Below are positions 1 to 8,638 of a DNA stretch of 34,763 nt, piece after piece; positions within the stretch are counted from its first letter, which is position 1, and every line of letters begins with the position of its first letter. This stretch comes from Nanobdellota archaeon (lineage in GTDB: Archaea > Nanobdellota > Nanobdellia > Pacearchaeales > GW2011-AR1). Location of the stretch: positions 1 through 34,763 of the forward strand of contig JAHIHG010000050.1 in the NCBI GenBank assembly GCA_018898425.1, given 5' to 3'. Below the pieces are notes generated by a model, which worked only from the letters and a program-made list of their open reading frames with translations, was not told the DNA's origin and searched no databases. The position numbers were made by a program, and so were the translations under genes.

Positions 1-240
1 GAAATCTGTTTTTCTTAATGATTTTAGATGAACTTAATTATTTGGTGTTTCGGAAATGAAATTTTTTAGATTTATTAGTTATAATAGTTTTCAGTTAAGA
101 GATTCTAGTGGTTGAAATTTGTGTGGAGGTTCAATCAACTGTAATTGAATCATTTAAAACCCCAAAAATAAAACAAAAAGAAGATTCAGATGGAAACACA
201 GAATTAAAAAAAGGTATTAATAAAAAGTATATTTCAGAGA

Positions 241-645
241 ATGGAAAATAAACCCCTAATGTATTTCGGTCATCCTATTAATTTCTACAATACAAAAAAA
301 GAAAAAAAACTAATAATTGCAATTCAGGAAAAATTTCCTGAATACTATATTGAAAATCCAAATCAACTAATTCATAAAGATAACTACATCAAATGGAAAG
401 AAAGAACAGGAAATGGAATGAATTATTATTTTAAAATTGTTCTTCCAAAAATGGAGGGTGGGACATTTTTATGCTTTGAAGATGGTATGTTTGGGGCAGG
501 AGTTTTTGGAGAAGCTGAATTTTTGAAAGATAGCGGAAAATTAATTTATGAAATAAATCTTGAAGAGAAAATTAAAGAAATGATATTAGATTCTTCGAGA
601 ACATTATCAATTAAAGAAACAAAAAAAAGAGTTTATAGTTTTTAA
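241..645 (+). CDS. hypothetical protein, possible nucleoside 2-deoxyribosyltransferase-like (Rossmann) fold
   Basis: 134-aa ORF. The pattern YFGHPI...(x)n...GMFGAGVFGEAEFLKDSGKLIYEI resembles the Gly-rich/Glu segment of NDT-like/DUF4406-type proteins, but only weakly. A TATA-like 12-mer at 228-239 suggests the real start may be the in-frame ATG at 259 (leaderless). Confidence 0.5.
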   Translation: MENKPLMYFGHPINFYNTKKEKKLIIAIQEKFPEYYIENPNQLIHKDNYIKWKERTGNGMNYYFKIVLPKMEGGTFLCFEDGMFGAGVFGEAEFLKDSGKLIYEINLEEKIKEMILDSSRTLSIKETKKRVYSF

Positions 646-697
646 AATATATTTCAGAGTATATATCTTTTTAAAAAAGAGATTTTGTTTTAAAAAC

Positions 698-3600
698 ATG
701 GGGATGAGGAAAAAGAGGATTAATGCAGTCTATCTTGATACAAACCAGTTTAAATTATTTAAATTTTTAAAAGTTAATTCTGCAGATTTTTCCAATTGGT
801 CTTCTTTAAAAGATATTTCTAAAAAATTAAAGATTTCGGAAAATGCTACAAAAAAATTAATTTCTTCTTTAAGAGAAAAAGAAGGCATTGCTTTAGATTC
901 AAAAACAGAAAAAAAAGGAGAAATGAAAATAAGAAAATATGGACTTGCTCCAGAAACATTGGGAATCTTAGTAAAATCAGAGAGAGACATACATAAAAAC
1001 AATAAGAATGGAAATCTTTTTTCTGCATTATATCTTGCAGAACCTTGTTTTGGAACAAAAGCTTTTGAAGAAAGGTATACTATGAAGGGGCTTGCCTTGG
1101 CTTTGGAAGTAAATGGCTTGGCTGGAAAAATACAAGAAGTTATTATTCAGGGAGGGGTAATTCCTCATCTTCCCCCATATTCTTCTAAAAGTTATGATTG
1201 GGATTTAAAATTTTTAGGACAAATTGACAAAGAAAAAACTAGATTTTCTGAGAAATTATTAGAAGATAAAATAGAAACAAGTTGGGAAAGAGAGTTTTAT
1301 GAAAAATTTATTCATAATTCAAAAAAAAGTAAAATAACCACTTTAACAGATGCTTTTAAAGCTGCAGAAAATCAACTTTCACCTTTAATGAATTCACTTC
1401 CAGAAGATACTGTTCTTAGAATCCAGTTAGGGGAAGAAGACAGAAAAAATATTGAACACTTGCAAGCAGCAAGAGTTCAGGAATGGGCTAAAGAAAAAGG
1501 AGAGAAAATTAATAAAATTAGGGATGAAATTATGAATGAATCTTATAAAACTTTTCAAGATTCATATATTTTTCTTGTTCAAAAAAGTTATTTGGAAAAA
1601 ACATTAAAAAATGAAAAAATTTTAAGAAAAATTAATGAAAAAAGAATTGATTTTAAAAAAAGGATTTTAAATAATTTTCAAGATTTTTTAATGGAAGTTA
1701 AAGAAGATTCAGAAATTGAAACATCTAATTTTTGGGAGGATCATCAAAAAATTTTAGGTTTAGACATCAATGAAATATTATATGGGGAAACAATTAAAGA
1801 AGATAAACACCAAATGGAAAATTTTGGAATTGAAAGAGCAATGAATTATGTTTCAAGATCGCAAAGAAAATCAAAAAACATAAAGCAAGGCATGAAAAAA
1901 CTAGAAAATTTACTCCAAAAAACTAAAGAAAAACAAGAAGATTTAAGCTCTAGATTAGAAGATTTAAATGAATCTGCTAGCTGGACAAAACAATTATTAG
2001 AATCTGGAAGAAAAACGATAACCTGGTTTACAAGGCAGTACCCTGTTTTTTCAGATGAAGTAGAATTAATATTTAAACAAGTAAAAGACAAATATACTCA
2101 ACATTTTTTTAATTGGAATATTTCTCAACCAACAGTTATTCATGTTTCTCCAAGAAAAAGAATTGAAATAGAAACAGGAGTTATAACTAATGTTTTATCT
2201 AATGAAAAAGATAAATTAGAAGTAGATTATAGTGTTGAATCTTATGAAAAGAAAAGAATGTTATTAATCCACAATATAAATCACATAACGTCAGATGGAA
2301 TTGCTCCAAATGCTATAAAAAAAGCAAAAGAATTAATGAATCATGAAAATATTGTTTTGAAAAAGCTATATGAAGAAGAACTAATTAAATTCCAACCAGA
2401 TATTCTTTTATTGGGGGGGCATCAAACAGGGGGTTTTAGGGTAATGCCTTGGTTTAAAGATTCTGAACAAATTATCCAGGGAGAATTTGTAGAAAACCAG
2501 AAAATAAGTTATTTAATTCATCTTCCAACACTTCAGTCAATTCCACGTTTAGAATGGTTAATTTCAAAAGGTTTTAAAAATTGGCACACAAAAAGATATC
2601 AATCTGGCCCCTATGCATCTGCAGCAATTATCCATACTGAAGATAAAGAAGGAGTTGGGAGATTTGGGATAATAAATAGTGCACAATTAGAAAAATTTGG
2701 AAAAAAAGCAGAAGAAATAGAAGTTTATAGAAAAGAACTTAAAAAAAATTTAAGTTCAGAAAATAGAAAAGAAATTTTTAAATTAATAAAAGAAAAAAAA
2801 GAAGAAGTAAAAATTAATTTTAAAAAAATAGAAGCTGCAGGAGATTTTCATCTTGGAGCTCCAGATTATCCGGGCAGATATTCAAAAGACCAGTTTATAG
2901 AAGCTATGCAATACTATCAAATAAAAAAAGGATTGCCAGAGATTATTTCATGGGATGAAATTCCGCATGGCTGTTTAGATTCTTTTGGAAGCGGTTCCAG
3001 ATATTTGGGGATGACTCCTGCCAAATTTAAAAGAAAAATTATAAATCCTATCTTGGAAAGTGATTTAAACCCAGAAGAAAAAGCCAGAGAAATAGCTAGA
3101 GAATCTCTAAGAAATCATAGGGCAATTACAATTCATAATCAAGCAGACCAAAAAGAGCTTTTTGCAGAAATGTTAAGACCTTATGCTGAGAAAGTTATTA
3201 AAAATGGTGGAAAATTAATTTTAACCAGCGGGAATCATGCTAACAATTCAGATAAAAAATCCGATGAAGCATTGGAATTAGCAAATCAATTTTCCACAGA
3301 ATATAGAGACAAAAATAAAGTAATTGCATTTTCTGGAAAAGGCAACCCTGTTGGAGTGGGTGCAATAAGATTAGATGGAGGACAAACTCTTTTTGTCATG
3401 CATAAATTTCCAGAAAGACAAGATGAAATTTATGGAATAATGACTCATTTAAGAAAAATGAATAATGATGCAGACATAGTTATTGCAGGGGACAGGCATC
3501 AAACAGGAGCAGGTTATGCTGATGGACATTTAATAGTGCTACACCCAGGGATGGAGCCAATAAATACATATGTTCCATTAATTGGAAAACCTGCTGGAGT

Positions 3601-3712
3601 TAGAGGTTTTAATAATATTTATTTTGACCCAAATAAAAGGGGAATATATGCAGTAGAATTTATATTAAATAATACTCTTGAAAAAATTGTAAAAGAAGAA
3701 AATATAATTTAA
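698..3712 (+). CDS. large multidomain protein: N-terminal winged-HTH, long Lys/Glu-rich coiled-coil region, C-terminal calcineurin-like metallophosphoesterase domain
   Basis: 1004-aa uninterrupted ORF. N-terminus: LKDISKKLKISENATKKLISSLREKEG (HTH-like). The middle ~300 aa is heptad-like and K/E-rich. The C-terminus carries MPP-like motifs AAGDFHLG (about 2840), SGNHAN (about 3230) and IAGDRHQTGAG (3485-3511). An earlier degenerate copy, LLLGGHQTGG, lies at 2409-2435. Confidence 0.75.
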   Translation: MGMRKKRINAVYLDTNQFKLFKFLKVNSADFSNWSSLKDISKKLKISENATKKLISSLREKEGIALDSKTEKKGEMKIRKYGLAPETLGILVKSERDIHKNNKNGNLFSALYLAEPCFGTKAFEERYTMKGLALALEVNGLAGKIQEVIIQGGVIPHLPPYSSKSYDWDLKFLGQIDKEKTRFSEKLLEDKIETSWEREFYEKFIHNSKKSKITTLTDAFKAAENQLSPLMNSLPEDTVLRIQLGEEDRKNIEHLQAARVQEWAKEKGEKINKIRDEIMNESYKTFQDSYIFLVQKSYLEKTLKNEKILRKINEKRIDFKKRILNNFQDFLMEVKEDSEIETSNFWEDHQKILGLDINEILYGETIKEDKHQMENFGIERAMNYVSRSQRKSKNIKQGMKKLENLLQKTKEKQEDLSSRLEDLNESASWTKQLLESGRKTITWFTRQYPVFSDEVELIFKQVKDKYTQHFFNWNISQPTVIHVSPRKRIEIETGVITNVLSNEKDKLEVDYSVESYEKKRMLLIHNINHITSDGIAPNAIKKAKELMNHENIVLKKLYEEELIKFQPDILLLGGHQTGGFRVMPWFKDSEQIIQGEFVENQKISYLIHLPTLQSIPRLEWLISKGFKNWHTKRYQSGPYASAAIIHTEDKEGVGRFGIINSAQLEKFGKKAEEIEVYRKELKKNLSSENRKEIFKLIKEKKEEVKINFKKIEAAGDFHLGAPDYPGRYSKDQFIEAMQYYQIKKGLPEIISWDEIPHGCLDSFGSGSRYLGMTPAKFKRKIINPILESDLNPEEKAREIARESLRNHRAITIHNQADQKELFAEMLRPYAEKVIKNGGKLILTSGNHANNSDKKSDEALELANQFSTEYRDKNKVIAFSGKGNPVGVGAIRLDGGQTLFVMHKFPERQDEIYGIMTHLRKMNNDADIVIAGDRHQTGAGYADGHLIVLHPGMEPINTYVPLIGKPAGVRGFNNIYFDPNKRGIYAVEFILNNTLEKIVKEENII

Positions 3713-3743
3713 ATCACGACGACAAAGTTAATTTTTTTTTGTA

Positions 3744-3757
3744 GAAACATTTATAAA
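3744..3757 (+). promoter_or_regulatory. candidate BRE/TATA promoter of the rRNA operon
   Basis: gaaacatttataaa is an archaeal BRE (purine-rich, gaaac) plus TATA (tttata) arrangement. It lies about 270 nt upstream of the mature 16S 5' end. The same 12-mer gaaacatttata recurs at 24455-24466. Confidence 0.4.
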
Positions 3758-4023
3758 GTCAATTTTTCTGAAATACTTGTAACTAAGATGAGTGCTTTAA
3801 TATATAAAATTACAAGTTAAAGTATGAGGTATGTAGCAGTCATAGTTGTAGTTCTAATAAATATTAATATTTTCATAATATTAAGCTAAGCCAATAGTTA
3901 GGAATCGTGTGAAGTGATTTGTTTATCTTATACAAAACAAATTGCGCAATAGAGATTATTTTATGATAATCGCACCCACAAAGAAAGGGTGTACCCTCAC
4001 AAAAGAGAGGGTAACATTGTTTA

Positions 4024-5469
4024 ATTCCAGTTGATCCTGCTGGCGGCTGCGGCTCTCTGGTTTGCACTTAGACATGCAAGTTTCTTTGTTTCTTCGGAAG
4101 TAAGGGAGCGAACTGCTCAGTAACACGTAGCTAATCTACCCTTAAGTCAGAGATACCCTCGGGAAACTGAGGTTAATATCTGATAGAAGATATACCCTGG
4201 AATGATTTATCTTTTAAACTTGAGCTTAAGGATGAGGCTGCGGCGGATTAGGTTGTTGGCGGGGTAATAGCCCACCAAGCCGAAAATCCGTAAGGGCTCT
4301 TAGCGGAGAGGCCCTGAGAGGGAATCTGAGACACTATTCCCAGCCCCACGGGGTGCAGCAGTTAGGAATATTCTGCAATGCGCGAATGCGTGACAGATTG
4401 AACCAGAGTGTGTTTCTATTGAAATGCTTTTGTGAAATGCAAAAAGTTTCACGAATAAGGACTGGGTAAGACTAGTGCCAGCCGCCGCGGTAATACTAGC
4501 GGTCCAAGTCGCAGCCATTTTTATTGGGTCTAAAACATCCGTAGCTTGTCTAATAAGTTTCTTGTGAAATTTTATATCTCAAATATAAAGCGCGCAAGAA
4601 GTACTATTAAACTAGAGACTGGAAGACGTAAGAAGTATGTTCGAAGTAGCGGTAAAATGTTTTAATCTCGGACAGACTCACAATAGCGAAGGCATCTTAC
4701 GAGGACAGTTCTGACAGTAAGGGATGAAGGCTAGGGGCGCAAAACGGATTAGATACCCGTGTAGTCCTAGCAGTAAACACTGCACACTAAACATTAGTAC
4801 CTCCTCGAGAGGTATTAGTGCTGAAGGGAAGCCGAAGAGTGTGCTACCTGGGAAGTATAGCCGCAAGGCCGAAACTTAAAGGAATTGGCGGGGAGACACT
4901 ACAACAGGTGACGCGTGCGGTTCAATTAGACTATACACCGTGAACCTCACCAGGAGCGACAGCAGGATGAAGGTCAGTCTAAAGGGCTTACCTGACACGC
5001 TGAGAGGAGCTGCATGGCCGACGTCAGCCTGTGCCGTGAGGTGACCTGTTAAATCAGGTAACAGGCAAGACCCACATACATATTTGCCACGTGCACCATA
5101 TGTAGATCGCCTTGGCAACAAGGATGAAAGTGTGGGCTACGTTAGGTGAGTACAGCCCGAATCCCCTGGGCAACACGCGCGCGTCAATGGTGAATACAAC
5201 GGGATGCGACTCTGAAAAGAGAAGCTAATCTCTTAAAGTTCATCTCAGTCCAGATTGAGGTTTGCAACTCAGCCTCATGACGCTGGAATCTGTAGTAATC
5301 GTTTGTTATCAGCGAACGGTGAATACGTCACTGTCTCTTGCACACACTGCCCGTCAAACCAACCAAGTTATGTTATGGTGAAACTTTTCGAAGGAGAACT
5401 TTAGCATGACAAGGTAGGTTAAGTCGTCACAAGGTAACTGTAGGGGAACCTGCAGTTGGATCACCTCCT
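4024..5469 (+). rRNA. 16S rRNA (archaeal)
   Basis: Starts attccagttgatcctgctggcgg. Contains gtgccagccgccgcggtaata (about 4476-4497), gcacacactgcccgtca, and the 3' end ggatcacctcct (ends 5469). About 1446 nt with no insertion evident. Confidence 0.95.
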
Positions 5470-5596
5470 AAAAAAACTTTGAATTATAACTTGTACTCTA
5501 CATACCCATCTTATTTATAAAAATAAGATAAAAATAAATAAAGTTTAAAAAGCCGAAACAGGTTAAATTATTACCCTTAAATTTTAAAAGGTTAAA

Positions 5597-5706
5597 GGGC
5601 CTGTTGTCCAATGGTTTAAGATACTTCCCTTGCACACGACGCGAACTTGTTTGCGAAGTCATCGTCAAGATCGGAAGAGATCCGTGTTCGATTCACGGCA
5701 GGTCCA
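5597..5706 (+). tRNA. tRNA-Ala(UGC) with a 37-nt intron (5635-5671) at the canonical 37/38 position
   Basis: Acceptor gggcctg/caggtcc includes G3:U70. Anticodon stem cttcc/ggaag, loop c-t-TGC-a, T arm ccgtg-ttcgatt-cacgg, discriminator A. The intron folds into helix / 3-nt bulge / 4-bp helix / 3-nt bulge / helix. It sits in the 16S-23S spacer, as is typical for archaea. Confidence 0.9.
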
Positions 5707-5955
5707 TTATAGATTAATTCTTAATGGATAAAAAAACAATATTAAATAAAATGGAAAAAATAAATAATAGTTCAAAAAAAATTAGAAAGAACAGTTTTAA
5801 AAGGAACTTTAGCAAAAAGAATATTAAACAAAATCACACAATTATATAACAAATCACAAATAAAAAAATCATATTCACGAAAGTGAAAAATATGGTTCGA
5901 GAAGTAATATTTTCGGATCATTTTGAGGACATACTCAAAAAATTATGTTCAATGA

Positions 5956-6003
5956 AATAAGCAGTAGAAGAAATCCCACTTAAAAATAAATTCAGAATAA
6001 ATA
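5956..6003 (+). other. 5' strand of the pre-23S processing helix
   Basis: aataagcagtagaagaaat (5956-5974) is the exact reverse complement of 9601-9619. tcagaataaata (5992-6003) is the exact reverse complement of 9581-9592. Confidence 0.75.
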
Positions 6004-7879
6004 CTACTATTTATACTGTTAGATGGATAGCTTGGTTTTGGTTTTGATGAAAGACGTGGCAAGCTGCGATAAGCTTGGGGGAGCTGCATGCAAGCTTTGA
6101 TCCCAAGATTTCTGAATAACGCAGAGATGCGGAATTACGCCGGGAATTGAAACATCTTAGTACCGGCAGGAAAAGAAAACAATTAGTGATGCCCTTAGTA
6201 GCAGCGAGCGAAAAGGGTACAGGGCAAACTGAATCTTCTCTTGAAAGAGAGATAGAGATGTGGTGAGGAACAAAGACTAAGTCAATGATTCAAACTTTGC
6301 TGGAAAGCAAGACCTTAGAAGGTGATAGTCCTGTAGAAAAAATTGATATGTTATACCTCGAAAGAGTAGGGCTTCCTAGATTGGGGGTCTGAATATGGCA
6401 GGATTAACTGACCAACCCTAAATAAAACCAAAGTCCGATAGCGCACTAGTACCGCGAGGGAAAGCTGAAAAGTACTCTTAATAGAGAGTTAAAAGACTTG
6501 AAATCTAACAGTTACAGTTTGTTACTGATCTTACTGTTTACTCAGATAAGATTTGTAACGTACGTTTTGAAAAACGGGCCAGGGAGTTTTTCTATGTGGC
6601 AAGGCTAATCTTCTCTGAAGAGTAACCGAAGCGAAAGCAAGTATGAAAATGCATTAGTCACATGGAGAAGACCTGAAGCCAGATGATCTATTCATGGGCA
6701 AGGTGAAGTCTTTCGAAAGGAGGATGGAGGCCTGAACCGGTGTTATGAACATGTACTCGAATGACCTGTGAATAGGGGTGAAAAGCTTATCTAATCTGGC
6801 GATGGCTGGTTCCTACTGAAATATGCCTTCGTATAGTCTTGTTTAGTTTGTTAGCGGTGTAAAGTACGGATAAATCTTGCAGGAGCTAATGCTTACGGAG
6901 ATTTTTCCAACTCAGAAGCTGTTAATTGCTTAGAACAGGAAACAGGGTGTGTATGTAAGATACATTTCCGAGACCCGAACAAGGGAGACCAGAGTTAAGG
7001 TCCCAAAATTTATGCTAAGTGTATCAAAAGGTGTCTTGAACCTGAGACACTGGGGATGTAAGCTTAGAAGCAGCTATCATTTAAAGAAAGCGTAACAGCT
7101 CACCCATCGAGGTTCAGGGCCCTGAAAATGGACGGGGCTAAAGCATAATACCGATACTTTGGAGGCATTCATTAGAATGTTCTGGTAAGTAGGCGTGGTT
7201 TCTGCGCAGAAGGTTTTTCGTGAGAAAGGCTGGAGCGGGAACCAATGAGAATCCTGGCAATAGTAGGATGTGATTTTTCTGAGAATGAAAAATGTCGAAA
7301 GAGCAAGGTTTCCTCGGCAATATTTTTTAACCGAGGGTTAGTCAGCACCTAAGTCGTGCCTTAACTGAACACGACGATGGACAGCAGGTTAATATTCCTG
7401 CACTAATTGAATTTTATATAATAGGGTTTTGCTTCTGGATAAGTAAGCACTTGAGAAAGTGTTTTTATAAATAAATCTGTCGAGGGTAATCCTTAGACGC
7501 AGATGAATTTTTTGAACAAAATTGCTGATTCCAGGAGCCAGTGAAAAGACCTTATTCTTAATTTAATTAGCTGTACCCACAACCGACACTGGTGCTCTGG
7601 CTGAGTAGGCCAAGACATGAAAGGGAAAACCAATTAAGGGAATTCAGCAATTTAGTCCTGTAGCTTAGGCTTAAGGGATGTCTATCTTTGTGCGCTTCAG
7701 AAATGTGTGTGCATCGATAGATCTCAGTAACAAGGACGGCCCGACTGTTTACCAAAAACGTAGCCAAGTGCTAATCTGAAAAGACTTGTATACTTGGTGA
7801 GACCTGCCCAGTGGTGGTGTCTCAAACTCCTTTTCAAGGGAGCTAAGGTCCATTAAACGGCGGGGGTAACTATGACCCT

Positions 7880-8638
7880 CAATAAAGGGGGTATTTAAAT
7901 TTGGCTGTATGCTGGAAACTCCTGTTAAGTCTTTGGTACTCGACGTTTATCGTCAGTAAAAATCCAAAGAATAAGGACAATCAGCAGGAAACTAAAGGTT
8001 TATATATTTGACCTTCTATAAAAGGTCATGAATAAAAAACAATATGTGTATTATCTTACGGGGTTTATGGATGGAGAGAGTTGTTTTTGTATTGCTCTTA
8101 AAAACCAAAAATCTGCAAAAGTAAGATGGGTGCTTGATCCAATATTCCATGTAACACAAAATGCAATTAACAAAAAGATATTATATGATCTTCAAAAAAT
8201 GTTTAATTGTGGTGTTGTAATTAAGAAATATGGTCAGCTAAATACTATGCAGTTTGTAGTTCAAAGTAGAAATGAAATAATAGAAAAAATTATTCCCTTC
8301 TTCAAAAAATATCAATTGATAACAAAAAAGAAAGATTTTGAAATATTTGCAGAAGTTGTTGAAGCATTGAATCAACATAAACATAAAGATTTTAATGAAT
8401 TCAAAAAACTTCTTAAGAAAGTCTTTACAATGAATGGAGGAGGAAAACAAAGAAGATACAAACTTAAAGATGTGTTAGAATCTTTAGGATCCTCAGAGAC
8501 TATACGCCAAACACAATCCAAAAAATTGTGATGATATAGTCCGAACTGCATGGAGACATGCAGAGACTCACTCGCGTGAGTCCGCTGTTAATTAAATAAC
8601 AGTTAAGTAACTCTTTTTAGAGTGAAAGTAACAGAAAG
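7880..8638 (+). mobile_element. group I intron (candidate) in 23S domain IV, E. coli position about 1923, carrying a homing endonuclease ORF
   Basis: Exon text breaks after ...gaccct (7879) and resumes at cttaaggtagcg (8639). P1 pairs accct (7875-7879) with ggggt (7888-7892), with a U.G at the splice site. aag (7885-7887) can pair with exon-2 ctt (P10). The terminal nucleotide is G at 8638. gatatagtcc (8533-8542) matches the group I J8/7-P7 consensus. Nested hairpins lie at 7930-7970, and three 3' hairpins at 8546-8602. Confidence 0.75.
8028..8531 (+). CDS. single-motif LAGLIDADG homing endonuclease (I-CeuI/I-CreI-like, presumably homodimeric)
   Basis: 167 aa with one LAGLIDADG-type motif, YLTGFMDGES. 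LDPIFHVTQN and EKIIPFFKKY resemble the I-CeuI/I-CreI blocks (DPxFxVTQ, IPF...). The ORF lies entirely inside the 23S intron. Confidence 0.9.
   Translation: MNKKQYVYYLTGFMDGESCFCIALKNQKSAKVRWVLDPIFHVTQNAINKKILYDLQKMFNCGVVIKKYGQLNTMQFVVQSRNEIIEKIIPFFKKYQLITKKKDFEIFAEVVEALNQHKHKDFNEFKKLLKKVFTMNGGGKQRRYKLKDVLESLGSSETIRQTQSKKL

Noticed and set aside
99-251. Short open frame ending at 249-251 upstream of, and overlapping, the first ORF
   Set aside because: It is at most about 45 codons with only GTG starts, and it has no motif. It is probably non-coding.
730-2091. Minus-strand ORFs 730-1002, 846-1058 and 1846-2091
   Set aside because: They are antisense to the uninterrupted 1004-aa ORF. Their Phe/Leu/Ser-rich composition is typical of the reverse complement of K/E-rich coding sequence.
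3873-5121. Track ORFs 3873-4067, 4300-4518, 4678-4866 and 4876-5121 (minus strand)
   Set aside because: They lie inside or antisense to the 16S rRNA and its leader. The higher GC content of rRNA produces open frames by chance.
8238-8450. Minus-strand ORF inside the homing endonuclease gene
   Set aside because: It is antisense to a well-supported LAGLIDADG ORF and has a low-complexity, AT-driven frame.
7880-8638. Classical archaeal bulge-helix-bulge intron as the explanation for the 23S insertion
   Set aside because: I could not pair the two boundaries into a 3-nt bulge / 4-bp helix / 3-nt bulge. The boundaries do satisfy group I rules (U.G in P1, terminal G, J8/7-P7 consensus). BHB splicing is kept as the alternative to test.
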